Below, piece after piece: positions 40,361 to 52,034 of a stretch of DNA of 64,000 nucleotides; the stretch's first letter is position 1, and the number at the start of each line of letters is the position of its first letter. The notes under the pieces are model-generated. The model searched no databases and was not told where the DNA came from. It saw only the letters and a list, made by a program, of their open reading frames with translations. Source of the stretch: Anthoceros angustus (Eukaryota > Plantae > Anthocerotophyta). The stretch spans positions 1,126,783-1,190,782 of the forward strand of contig MU008176.1 in assembly GCA_010909165.1 (NCBI GenBank), in the 5' to 3' direction. A program made the position numbers and the translations under genes.

Positions 40361-43300
40361 CCCAGATAAATGATCCGGACTGGAAACCTGGGATGTGCAG
40401 AAGTGTTTTTTTTGTTTTTGGTCGAGTGTGGTGTGAAAAAGTCGGCCGATGTGAGGCAGGTATTTATAGAAGAAATGTCCTTGGCCTATGGTTTTTTCTT
40501 GTTTTGATTTTTAGGTTAGAAAATAAATGGTCCGGAATTTGGTGTTCCTTGGCCCATGGACTTGGGAATGTTCCACCAAAAGTCTATATATGTGAGATAG
40601 GGGGTTGGAATAATTAGAGTGTGATAGGTCTATAAGTTTGGGGTCAGCGGGCGGTGAATGAGTGTGGGGTTGTGGATTGGGATGTGGAAGCGGTCGAGAG
40701 GTCTAACAGAGTAGGGGAACCCGGGAAACTTAACCCTAGGAAATAATGTAATCCTCTCAAACAACGGAGCGCAACGGGCACGGAGCGAGCGCGAGCGACG
40801 ACGGCGGAGCGACGTCGAGCCCCGGGGCACCGGATCGCAGGAGGCGCAACGACGGAAGGAAGGAGCTCAACCCCACATCGCGAATCGCGACAGAGGAGGA
40901 AGGCGCCAGACGGCCCTTGCCGAGGAGGTAGGAACCACAGGACCCCAGGGAAATTCGCGTTGGCGTTGTGGCGCGAGGCGTGAGAGGATGGCGCCCAAGG
41001 TCACCACGAAATTTGCCCAATGGCCAAACATGGATCATTGGAAAGTTCGAGCTGAGAACTGAAGGAGTCAAGCCGGGTTTCATGGAAGAGCGGTGGAATT
41101 ACATGAACTGGGACTGTGCAGAGTGTGCGCGCCACCAAGGACAAACAGGCGGGATTTAGAGCGCCGCAGGATTGGGACCGGAGTGGTTAGGAGGGTGTAT
41201 GGGCGCAGAAGGAGGAGGCGGGTTTGGTGATGGAGCCGCCCAAAAGAGCAAAAGAAGAAGCAGCACCGGTTAAAGCGGGCGACGCGAACCCAACGGCCGG
41301 TTGACGAGGGATTTGGCAACGGCAGCTTGATGGGTCCGCCAGTGGCTCCTATGTTTCGCAAAGACAAGAAGGGATTATTTGTCGACCACTTGCCGCTTCC
41401 TTCATGAAGTGGTCAAGGAAGATCGATTGAGGCGAATTCTCTTGACAAGTTGTGTGAAGAGAGGTTGAACTGATTTCTCCCTCGGCCCTCTCTAATCTCA
41501 CCATTTCGGTCCATCTTTATGTTTACGCTAACCGCCCGCCGAGGTGGAGATTGTAGCCTCCCTCCACATGTGGAAGCCGCTAGGGAGGTGAAATGGAAGG
41601 CGGAGGAGCCCAAGGAGGAAAAATCGGATAGCTGGAGTCGGGGCGATGTGCCTGGAGGAAGAGAAGGAAATTCCCACCAAGAAAAGAGGAAGACCGGGGT
41701 GAAAGGCGGGCATCGTGAAAAGGTGAGAGCGGATGCGCTGGCCACGTCGGTCAACGCGCCACTAAAAATGAAAGCCAAACGGCTGGAGGTGGCAGAAGAG
41801 GAGGCGCGATCCGAGGACAATTTTGCTGACCTGGATGCAGATGATGAATCAACTCCGGAGGGTTTAGGGCGACCTCGAGCGGACCCCCTCAAAGATGGGA
41901 AGAGATTTTCAAGGGGACTCCACCGCAACAGAGGTGGATGCAACCGAATTGGTGAGGGTGCGCACCTTGCCGGGAGGAAAGTTCTCGTGAGGGATGGCGT
42001 CGCGGGCCGCCACAACAAGTGGACTTGCGTGAGCCGACCACGCCGATGATCCGGGCCCAAGCATTTGTTGGATCAAGCGGCTTTAGCTCTCACCGCTCAG
42101 GGGGGCGACGGAGGAAGTGGTGAAGGTTTGACGAAGAGGAGGCCAAGCGCAAGCAACCGGAGGAAGACAAGCGGAACCTAGAGGAAATAAGGGCCAAGAT
42201 TCAAGAAGATTTGTGCAGGCCTGTGAGAAGTTGCAAGCCATGACGAGCACAGGAAGCACTCATGGCTCAAATTAAGGATGCCCACGAGACGAACCAGAGA
42301 TGCAGGGGAGTTGTTGCGAGCCCAGGAGGCGGCCTCGGAAAAGGCCCATAAGCAGCGAGCGATAAGGAGCGGATGAGGCACGTGTCAGCCGAAAAGACAA
42401 AGGGAAGGGGAAGCGGTAGCAGACCACGATCGAGTAGCGGAAGGAACTACCGAGCGGAAGGAAGCAAAGAACCGAGGTAGCAAACCTCACCTACCAAGGT
42501 TGCCGAACGACGGCCGTGGAGTCCACTACCGTAGTCGAAACCGCCACCGACATTGGCGCATCCAACCCAAGGTGCAGGGCGGGGCGGCGATGCGACGTGG
42601 CGCCCGCGAGGACATGGCCAGCAACTGTGTAGCCTACGGAGGAGGGTAAGCACCTCACCGCAGGGGGTCCTATTATATTCGGCACATGGATGAGGAAACT
42701 TATGTTCCCGGTCTATATGTGAATGGAGAACGCGTGCTTAACCTCACCGCCCATGTGCGTGTGGAAATAGGAGGGACTGTGGCCTACCTAAGTGAGGAGT
42801 GCATACTTCTACCACCGCGCCGGTGGGGGTTGGCCCCTTATGGAGGCGACTTTGGAGGAGTTGAGCGAGGAGGAGGTCCAGCTTGGGTGGACGAGGAACC
42901 GTAATAATCCTCGAATAGGCGGCCGGAAGATGCGAAGCCCCAGTGGTACACCTCAAATTCGACGACAAAGTGAGGTGGAAGTAGTGTGGGAGAACCCCAC
43001 CAGCGCAAGGGAGAGCTCGTGGCGGCAATGGAGGACGAGCTGCACGCCAGAGCAGCGAGGCGAGGTGGTAGCATCCTAAAGATAATTTGGTTAGGTGTCG
43101 ACCGACCTAGGATCGCCCAATTGTGGGCGCGGCCCTTCGTGATAGCCATCTTAGGACCTAAAATCCGGGCATGGCGCCCAGAGATGTATAAGGGGCAGGT
43201 CCCTCACGCAGATAACTCGGTTGAGATCCCCACGCCTGGCTGGTTGGAGACGTCCGATGATGGGTGGCGCGACGCCCTAGGGGTGGTCGAGAGCTTGCTC

Positions 43301-44099
43301 CGCAACCGGGAGGAGGGGTGATGGAGCAATTTTGCCGACAAAGGAGGAGGAAACCAAGGGATTGGCGCGGGTCCGGAGCTTGCTCGTAACGCCTGCCGTG
43401 ACGGGGTTCTTCTTTCCTTCACCTTGTCCCGAAGTTGTGTTCAAATTGAGAGTGTTGAGTGGATGGTTGGAAGCTGCCAATTGAGGGAGAGAGAGGAGAG
43501 AAGATTGGGTGAAGGAGAGATCAAATCAGACGCGAGGTGTGAGATCGTGGAAAGAGAAGGAGAGCGAATTGGGAGCGAAAGGAGAATTGTGTGTGTTTGA
43601 AACTCGAACCGGTGTTTGGAAAGTGCACAAGGGAAACAACTGGTGGAAATCGTGTGGTGTGGCGCCTTTCGTGTGTGTGTGTGTGTGTGTGTGTGAGAGC
43701 GTGAGGTATCCTAGGAACTTTGGTCCCTAGGAATCGGTGCATGAAGTGTGGAGTGCAGAAAGATCGTGAGCGCGACGCCGTGGACGGGATCCGGCGCGGA
43801 AATAAGTCGCTAGGGTTTGGTGTGGGACCCACCTCGGTGGTTGTAAGCAACTACCGGTAGTGGTGAGAGCCACCGTGGTGGAAGTGGAATAGAGGCGGTC
43901 GTGGAATAAGATCCGTGGTAGACAAGACGGGGTAGTAGGTTGAGTAGATAGAGAGGAGTAAAGTAAGTCTGACTTAGGTGAAGGTCAAGAGTGATAGAAG
44001 TTAGCGCTTGGCACAAACCATTCCCTCGGGAGCGAATCCCGTGACTACAGCGACATTGAGGGTAAATGTGGACCCACCGTGTCCCACGACACGGGTTTA
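40361..44099 (+). mobile_element. Unclassified retroelement-derived segment (accessory ORF, no gag/pol) inserted in the minisatellite
   Basis: Second copy at 60676-63138. Degraded ORF with GVKPGFMEERWNYMNW followed by charged/coiled-coil sequence. Ends in an LTR-like ...gggtttaca. (GT)n at ~43671-43694. Confidence 0.6.
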
Positions 44100-44104
44100 C
44101 ATGC

Positions 44105-45465
44105 ATGATGCCTCCCACTGGGTACCGCCTCCCAAGGCACGCCTCCCCACCGAGGTACCGCCTCCCTAGCACGCCTCCCTGCTGTGCCTCCCCTACACTG
44201 CACCGCCTCCTACACGCCGCCTCCCTACCGGCACGCCTCCTCCCTACCGGTACCGCCTCCCTACCGGGTACGCCGCCTCCCTAATGCGTTGCCTCCCCTG
44301 GTACGCTGCCTCCCTACCGTGTACGACCGGGTGCCTCCCCATCGGCACTCCACGAAACGCGGGACTCCTCCCACCCTTGGGGCTGTCAACCCTACCGTGG
44401 TAGTCTGCCCCTCATAGACTACCACCTGGCCCTCTATGGCCGGATTTTGCTCTCCTTCTCCTTGCTCCTCTTGTGGGGGAAAGGCCTCCCACTCCGGCAA
44501 CCTCGTTGCCTCCACCTCCTCTGTCCTTGGCCCTGGTGCGCTTGTGGAGGTATGTCCTCCCATAGTCTTCCTTAGAGCGAAGGGCAAAAGCCGCTCTAAG
44601 CTTGGTTGGAGGTGAATGATCTCAAAAGGATGCCAAGCATCCTCAAGCTCTTTGCTAGTCAAGAGCCCCTCCGTCTCCCACAAATGCACCAAATAGGTGC
44701 TGAGGTAACATGGCCTTGGCCCCTCTTCATCCACGGAATTCGGCCTAAGGAGCTTCTCCCTGTGATGGATATAGGCCTCATACATTATTGTGCCCCAATC
44801 CGGCTTGGCTCCTTGCGAAATCTTCCACAAGAATTGGAGGAAGTTGGTGCTGAAGTAAGAGGTCCATTGGTAATTCACCAACCCCAGGACAATCTTGGCA
44901 AAGAACCGCCATTTCAGCTCCTTGATGCTGTCCGTCTTCCAGCCGTTCTTGGCGTGGGCCTTCACTCCTCCGTCCATCATGTCTAAGACCTCTTGTGGGA
45001 TTTCCGAAAGGGAGATCCTCTTCCCTCCATTTGTCCTCTCAAGGAGGGCAATTCCGGAGCTCTCCTCCTCCGGCCTTCCATACACCTGTCGAATGCTCCT
45101 AGCTCCAAACCCAACACCGGCCGTCACAGCATTCCTGACAGAGCAAGGGCTGCCTCTGATTGATGGAGGTTGATGTAACACTCCTCAATCAACTCCAAAT
45201 TGGTGTAGGCCCACTGGCGGCCATCCCAATTGGATGTTTTCCTCCTCCGCCCACTGCCTAAAATCCACCAAATCGCGGGGGTTGAGCTGCCCCACAAAAC
45301 AGGTGAACTGGGGCATCTCGAAATCGCCTCCTCCTTGCGGCATAGCCTCCGCTGCTGTTTTCTTGCCCTTTCCTCCTCCTGAGGATGAGCCTTTGGCAGG
45401 CGCGGCCTTCCCCTTGCCTTTCCCTGCTCGAGGCATGGCGCCTTTTCCCGCAAAAATGCTGTCAA
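44105..45465 (-). pseudogene. N-terminal domain of the Gypsy extra ORF (resembles plant-transposon/PMD-like accessory domains)
   Basis: FTCFVGQLNPRDLVDFRQW, RQWAYTNLELIEECY, KNGWKTDSIKELKWRFFAKIVLG, PDWGTIMY and CYLSTYLVHLW. The domain assignment is inference. Confidence 0.65.
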
Positions 45466-46522
45466 GGAAGTGGATTACTCCCCAATTGCGAGTTCTCTCG
45501 CCCTTCTAGTGCCTCAGCCAAAAAACCCTCTTGGTGGAAAGCAACTCTTTTACACAATCTCAAGGTTAGCCCTAGCTTGCTTCCCACCCTCTTCTTCTCT
45601 CCTTTTTCTCCAACGTGGAGGTGCTTCGACTGAGTTACTCGCGCCTTCCTTCAGTCCCTTCCTCCAATTTCGTTTTGCTTCCACTCGTCATTTCGCCATT
45701 GCCCTCTGCTCCCGAGTCTCCGTACTTGCAGACTGCCTCTACGCCTCCACACGGTGGCGACCTCCTCTTTTCCACTTCCTTTTTCCTCTCGCTTCCCCGC
45801 GAGCTCCAACTAGGGTTTCCTCTCCTTCCTCAGCTCGCGCGCCTAGCTCCCTTTTGCGCTCAAACTTGATCGCGGTGGTGATGGCGAGGGCGATGGCGGC
45901 TCTCTCCTCTCCTCTTGCGCTACGCCTCCTCCGCCTCACAAGTGAGGACGCCACCAAGAGAGTTGGCGCCAAAGCGCACTTTGCCCTCCTTAGATTGCTG
46001 CCACCTGGAGACTTACCAACCCTAGATTTGATTTACCACACTAAAATTCCTAATCCTGCCTAAATTACCTATTTCCCTGTCCTAGTTGCATCCCCTAATT
46101 AAGTACCTTCTAATTAATCCTATTTACTTATTTCCCTATTGGTAGGCATATATAGTGGATATCCCTCCATCCTAATTTCTCTTTCTAGCCGAGACCTCGT
46201 CAGCCTACCGCGGTACTCTGCTAGCCTACCGTGGTAGTCTGCTCTTCCTCTCAGCCTACCGGCGTAGTGTGGCAGCCTACGGTGGTAGTCTGCCACACTA
46301 CCGCCCCTTCGGATTGCCTTCTTGCCTCGCCTGGGGGTCGTTTTGACCTGTTTCTTTTCCCCGAGATATCCTCTATGCCTTCCTGACAGTATCCTACAGC
46401 TCTAGCTGCAAAGAATTCAGAAAATTCCTGGCATGATCCCCCCCAATCGATTTTAGTAAAAAAAAATCAAATTCGTTCTGCCTCCGGCTGCCCAGACTTT
46501 TGCATTCCACATACTCCCCTCC

Positions 46523-49500
46523 TCACCTGTTTGCGTCCTCGCAAACAACAGGTACCCCAGGTTGAAGGTATTTCTTAACCTTCCACCCATTCACTCTTGT
46601 TGGCAGCAAATCTCCATCCAGCACTCGCAATTGCACAGATCCATTCTCATATACCGCCACCACCTCATAAGGTCCCATCCATCTCAGCCTAAGCTTTCCT
46701 GGGAAGTCCAGGTAGCGACTATCGTATAGAAGAACCAAATCCACTGCCACGATAACCTCCTGCTTCCTCATCCTTCCATCATGCCTATCTTTTCTAAGCT
46801 ACTGAATTCGCTGGGTTTCCTCTAAAGCGTCTTCCCTACGTTCCTCCTGCTCTATGAAAGATTCTAACCTAGCTACCTGGCTATCCTCTACAGTCATGCA
46901 CTCGTCTTCCAGAATCCTATAGGTAGGTACTTCGAATTCCACGGGCATCACAGGAGACATGCCATATGTCAGATAATAAGGGGTCTTCTTGGTGGTTACC
47001 TTCTCCAGTCCTAGTTTCCCACAATGAATGTAATTTAGCATCCCAATCGTACATGTGTGTCACAGTTACCTTGGTGAGGATTGTGCATAACAACGCATTT
47101 GTCTTCTCCGTTAATCCGTTCGCTTTGGGGTTGTAAGGGGTCGTCTTTCGATGTCGGATGTTGAAGTAGGTGGTTAGAGACTCAATGACGGAGTTGAGGA
47201 AATGGGTTCCCCGGTCGCTGACCAACTCTAAAGGACACCCGTACCTCGTTATAATGTTCTCAAAGAGAAACTTTGCCACTGTAGGTGCGTCGTCCTTCCT
47301 CGTCGCCTCCGCTTCTACCATCTTCATGAAGTAGTCCGTAGCCACCAGAAGGTACTGCTTCCTCGTCCACTGGATGGGTGGCTTGATTGGTCCCACAAAA
47401 TCTATCCCCCACTTCTCAAACGGTGCTAGCGGTAGTATATAGGTGAGGGGCCATTGTGTCGACAATGTAGGCCGCCCAACCCTCTGACACGCGTCACACC
47501 TTCGAATAAATTCCCACACATCCTTTTGCATCGTAGCCCACTAGAAGCCTGCACCTAAGATCTTCTTCATGGTCACCTGTGCCGAATAGTGGCCACCGAC
47601 CTTCCGCATGCGTGATTTGACCTCTTCGAGACACCGCCGAATCTTTTCATCTGGGCCAAGCTTGTCTAGGACTCCTTCCCTTAGGCAATACGGTGCAGCT
47701 TTATGGAGAAAGACTGCGCACCCCTCTTGGGACAAACCATCGGGCATGGTTCCATGCTCCATGAACTTACGGACTTCACCGTTCAGCAAATATCTTGGGC
47801 ATGGTCGGCCTTCGCTTTCGAGTCTCTTCCTCCCATTCATACCACGTCGCTTCCTGCCAGCTCGCCTACCGGCAATCCCAGACATCGTCGTCCCGTTTGC
47901 CAATCCACTTCCTCCCTGCTTGGTCCATGTTATGAGCCCCTGCTCGTAGCTTCTCTGCGAAATTCTTCAGCTCTCCCACATTGATCGACCGCAGATCCAG
48001 ATCGAGTTCCTTTGGCGACCTCTTTGCCCTGCTGCATCTCTTGGGCAGCAATTCCTGCCATCGAACCATGGTCGGTCGATGCTCCTTCTTGCAGCTCGAC
48101 TGCAAGCACGCCTTGAGGTGTGAGTTCTCCACAATCCTCCTTCATACACATCACCATAGAGCCATCTCCGCTCCTAGGCCCTAGTGCACACACCTCCTTA
48201 GCACACCACCTTTGTTTGCCACCTCTCCTTCCTCCTAATTGCGATTTCTCCGCAACTTCCCCATCGCTCCTTGCCACCATCATGGCCTCCGCTTGCAGCC
48301 CTCCTGACTGCTCACCCTGGGGACGCGGCTTTGGCTCCCCCGTGTGCCCACGCTGGCACTCTCCCACTTCTCCTTGGACCTCCAGGTTGCCCTGATGCAG
48401 CTGCTCCTGCTTGTCGTGCTCTTCTCGTCCTCCGATCGCCCTTGCTGCGAGCAAGGTCTGTTGCTCAGCCGCGCGTTCATGCCTTCCTTCCTCAACACAC
48501 GTTGTGGAAACCAGTTCTTCGTCAAGAAACCGGTCATCAGTGGCCTCAAGCTGCCTCCGCCTCGACGAAATGAAATTCGCGCTAGATGTTGCTTGGTCTC
48601 CATCGAAATCAAATTCAGCAGAAAGTACCCACCGGCTATTCTTCCTGATAGATCTGGCTTGTTCACAAGGTACTTCAACGCGAAATGGTCAACATGAAAT
48701 GTCACCTTGCAAGCCAGCAAATAGTGTCTAAACTTCTTACAGGAGTAGATGATACCAAGACCCTCTCGCTCCGTGCTCAAGTAGTTCCTCTCAGCATCCA
48801 TGAGCTGCCTCCCAGCATAAAAAATCGGGTGATCTTGTTTCTTTTCATCCTTCTGGCTTAAGATGGTCCCAATGGCATAAGCGGACACATCCACATATAC
48901 ATGAAACGGCTTCTCACAATCTGGCGGTTGTAACGTCGGAGCGCTCACCAAACTGTCCTTCAACTGCTGAAAGGCCTCCTGCCTCACGGTTGTCCATTCA
49001 AAGGGTACATCTTTCTTGGTCAACTGTGTTAACAAGGCTGCCCTCTTGGCGAAGTCCTTGATAAACCTCCTGTAATACCCTACTAGTCCTACGAAAGCTC
49101 GTACTTGCCTCACCGTTTATGGGGCATCCATCTCCGCTATCACTGCTACTTCCATGAACTTCCGTAAGAAGTCTCGGAATATCGCGTTTACCACACGTTG
49201 AAAGGTGGCAGGCGCGTTACACAATCCAAAGGGGAGCTTCGAATAAGCGTAGGTGCCCCAATCTGTTGTGAACGTTGTCTTGTCCTGGTCCTCCTTTTTA
49301 GCGAGATCTGATTGTACCCAGAGTATCCGTCCAAGAAACTGTACATCTCATGTTCGGCTACCGTGTCCGGCACACTGTCCATGAAGGGTAAGGGGTGGTG
49401 ATCCTTCTTCGTTGCTTCGTTAAGCTTCCTGAAATCTTGGCACACCCGAACCTTTCCCTGCTGCTTCTTGGGTACGATCACAATGGGAGCGACCCACTCA

Positions 49501-52030
49501 CTGGTGAGTACCGGGTAAATCACCCCTGCCTCCAAATATTGGTCGAGTTGATCCTTGACGACCATGGAATACTTGGGGTTCAGCCTATATTGCTTGATCC
49601 TCATAGGAGTGCTGCCTTCCTTCAAATCAATCCGATGTATACCCAGCTCCTCCGGAATTCCTGTCATGTCAGTAATCTTGAAGGCAAACACATCGACATA
49701 CTCCCTAAGTACGCTACGAAACTCCTCTTTCTCTACCTCTCCTAGGTACCTAGAAATCTTGACTACCTTGCTAGGCTCTAGCTCTAAGTCCTCTACAGCG
49801 TCGGGATCTACATACGTCCCCTCCGGACTGCTACCTGCACTAGTTCCAGATCCCTCCTCAGGAAAATCGCGATCATAGGCCTTTCCTCTCCAAAAGGCTA
49901 CTCCTTCTCTATGTGCCTCGTCTTCTGACTCTTCTACGACATCTTCTACGTGCAAGCAGGAATACACCAAATCAACTTTTATTTCGGTGACCTCAAGGTG
50001 AGGTCCCCAGAGGCTTTGGCCACGCCAAGAGCTCACCCCTGCTACCCGAGGTGTACCCATCGACCGAGCCGGACTTCTTCATAGGGTGCCTTGCTCCATG
50101 ACACGAACGCGACCTCAGTGGGCCCTACCCTACTCAACCTAAACGTGATGCCGCTACGACCGAAATCAAAGACACAGGCAGTACCATACAACCAAGGCCT
50201 GCCCATCAAAACTTTGTAGCCTAAATCCGAGGGCCTCATAACGATGTAGGTAAGGTGGAAGGTGAGACCTCCAATCACAGTTGGTATGTTTCTCAACAAT
50301 CCCAGCGGCTTCCTCCTTGTTTGGTCGGCCATTCGCAGGAATACTCGGGCCGGGTGAAACTCGGTGAACCCAAGCTGATGCGCTGTCTCCTCCGTCATCA
50401 AGTTGACTCCCGATCCCGAATCCAATGGCACATTGGGCACCAATTCGGGTGCCCCCAAATCAACGGTTCACCACATTTACCTCCACCGCCGCCTTCGTCC
50501 CCACACCCTCGTGGATTCCCCGATCGCTTCTTTACAATCTTATGGGATCTCGACTCACCGCAAGCAATCGCCCCAAGCCGACCACAAATTTCATTGCAAT
50601 GCGTCGTCAAACCGAGATCTTATCTGACAAGGTTTCCTCCCCGTTTGCAGCCCTGACGCTGGTCGATTCCGACCTTATTGGTAAACTCCCCGAATCCATG
50701 GTCCCTCCTATTGGGTGGGACTCCATACCCGGCGGATCAACAACTTTCGGCTCCGCCACCTTCTTCCTCGGATGCTGGGTGAGCCTTTTCAACTCATCCT
50801 CCAGCATCGCCGCCACTTCGTGGCTGATGTCGGGAGGAAACGCCGGTCGTTCCTCCCCCTTGTTGGGCTCCTCCACATTTCGCCCACTGGTAGGGCTCAT
50901 CCAGAGGGGTGCCGATCACTGGTAGTCTCGATCACCGTCCGAGTAGGGTGGCCCCGATCCTCCTGCCGGACGGCTTTGCCGCCTCCTCGGAGGCCAAGGC
51001 GAGTCATCACTCACCTTCTTCCTCTTCCTCTCCTCCTATTCGCGCCGTTTCTCCGACTTTCGGCCCTTCTCCCGCCGTTCCGATCTGGTGGTTACCTTGG
51101 CCACCAACAATCCTTCATCTGCGCTCATCTCTCCTTCGTACACTTCTTCCACGATCCCTGATGTCACACTGGATTCATCGAGAAGTTCGAACTCCGCTTC
51201 CACCTTCAGCACGGGCGTCGTAGTCACGGTGATCGCGGTTTCGGGGTCGGTCCGCGTTTCCTCCGCCGCAGGCTCCGTGAACCTGACCCCTGGTCGTGTT
51301 GGTGCCACTCGCGCCACGCCCGAACACCTTGGATCTCCCACCTTATGCCCTAATTCTTTGCACACCTGACAAAAGGGCACATATCCCACTTGCTTCTGAG
51401 GTTCTGGACAATCATTCGAGTAGTGATCCGGTGCTCCGCAATTGTAACAAAGAACTCGTGGAATCGCCATCGTTTTGTGATGGATCCGGCCTCATGGCTC
51501 CCGGCGATGTCATGATCCGTACTCGAGGGAATCTGTGTAGTTGGTAAGTCCCTCATCGATTGAGGTGGCTGATCGCCAATCGCTGCACCGATAGGCTTCA
51601 TCCACATACCAATAGTCCCCAGGCATGACGGATTCCACGTGGTTCACAGCATGCCGTGGTGCGCGAATACATTCCCTGTTGGTGTGCCCCGTTTGATGAC
51701 AAATTGAGCAGTACACCAACTGTCTTGCAGGCGAGGGAGACCTTCGTGGAGCTTGATTTTTCACCGCCTTGACCTCCAACTCTGTCAATCTTTTCGTTAG
51801 AGCTTCCACTTGTCCGGCAATACCCCCTCCTGCGCAGATGTTTCTCCCTTCTCCATTCGGCGAACCGTCTTCCCTTTTCTCTCCTTTTCCAATGCAGTGT
51901 GCTCAGCCTCTTCTTGTCTTTTCTTGACCTTCTCCAAGTCCTTCCTCATCTGCCGCCGAGGCTTTTCTCTGATTCTTCACGATGTGGAGCTTTCTTGAGT
52001 TCCGCTGTCCTCACTTTCTGATGAGGATGA
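46523..52030 (-). pseudogene. Gypsy gag-pol (three zinc knuckles, PR, RT with deleted YxDD, RH, INT)
   Basis: CSICHQTGHTNREC, CYNCGAPDHYSNDC, CQVCKELGH; PLDSGSGVNLM; YRLNPKY, VCQDFRKLN, FLDGYSGYNQI, LPFGLCNAPATFQR; FHVYVDVSAYAIG, AERNY..TEREGL; GHY...CDACQ, WGIDFVGP, SDRGTHF, NGLTEKTN, WMGPY. The order PR-RT-RH-INT is the Gypsy order. Confidence 0.95.
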
Positions 52031-52034
52031 AGGT

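Larger units (their letters stand above)
36304..52030 (-). mobile_element. Non-chromovirus Ty3/Gypsy element, 5' end lost, with extra ORF and long 3' region; carries a 3.7-kb insertion
   Basis: gag-pol at 52030-46523, extra ORF at 45465-38602, 3' region repeated at 1-810 and 63140-63480. Possible LTR termini tgtcac (36304) and gtgaca (36609). Confidence 0.8.
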
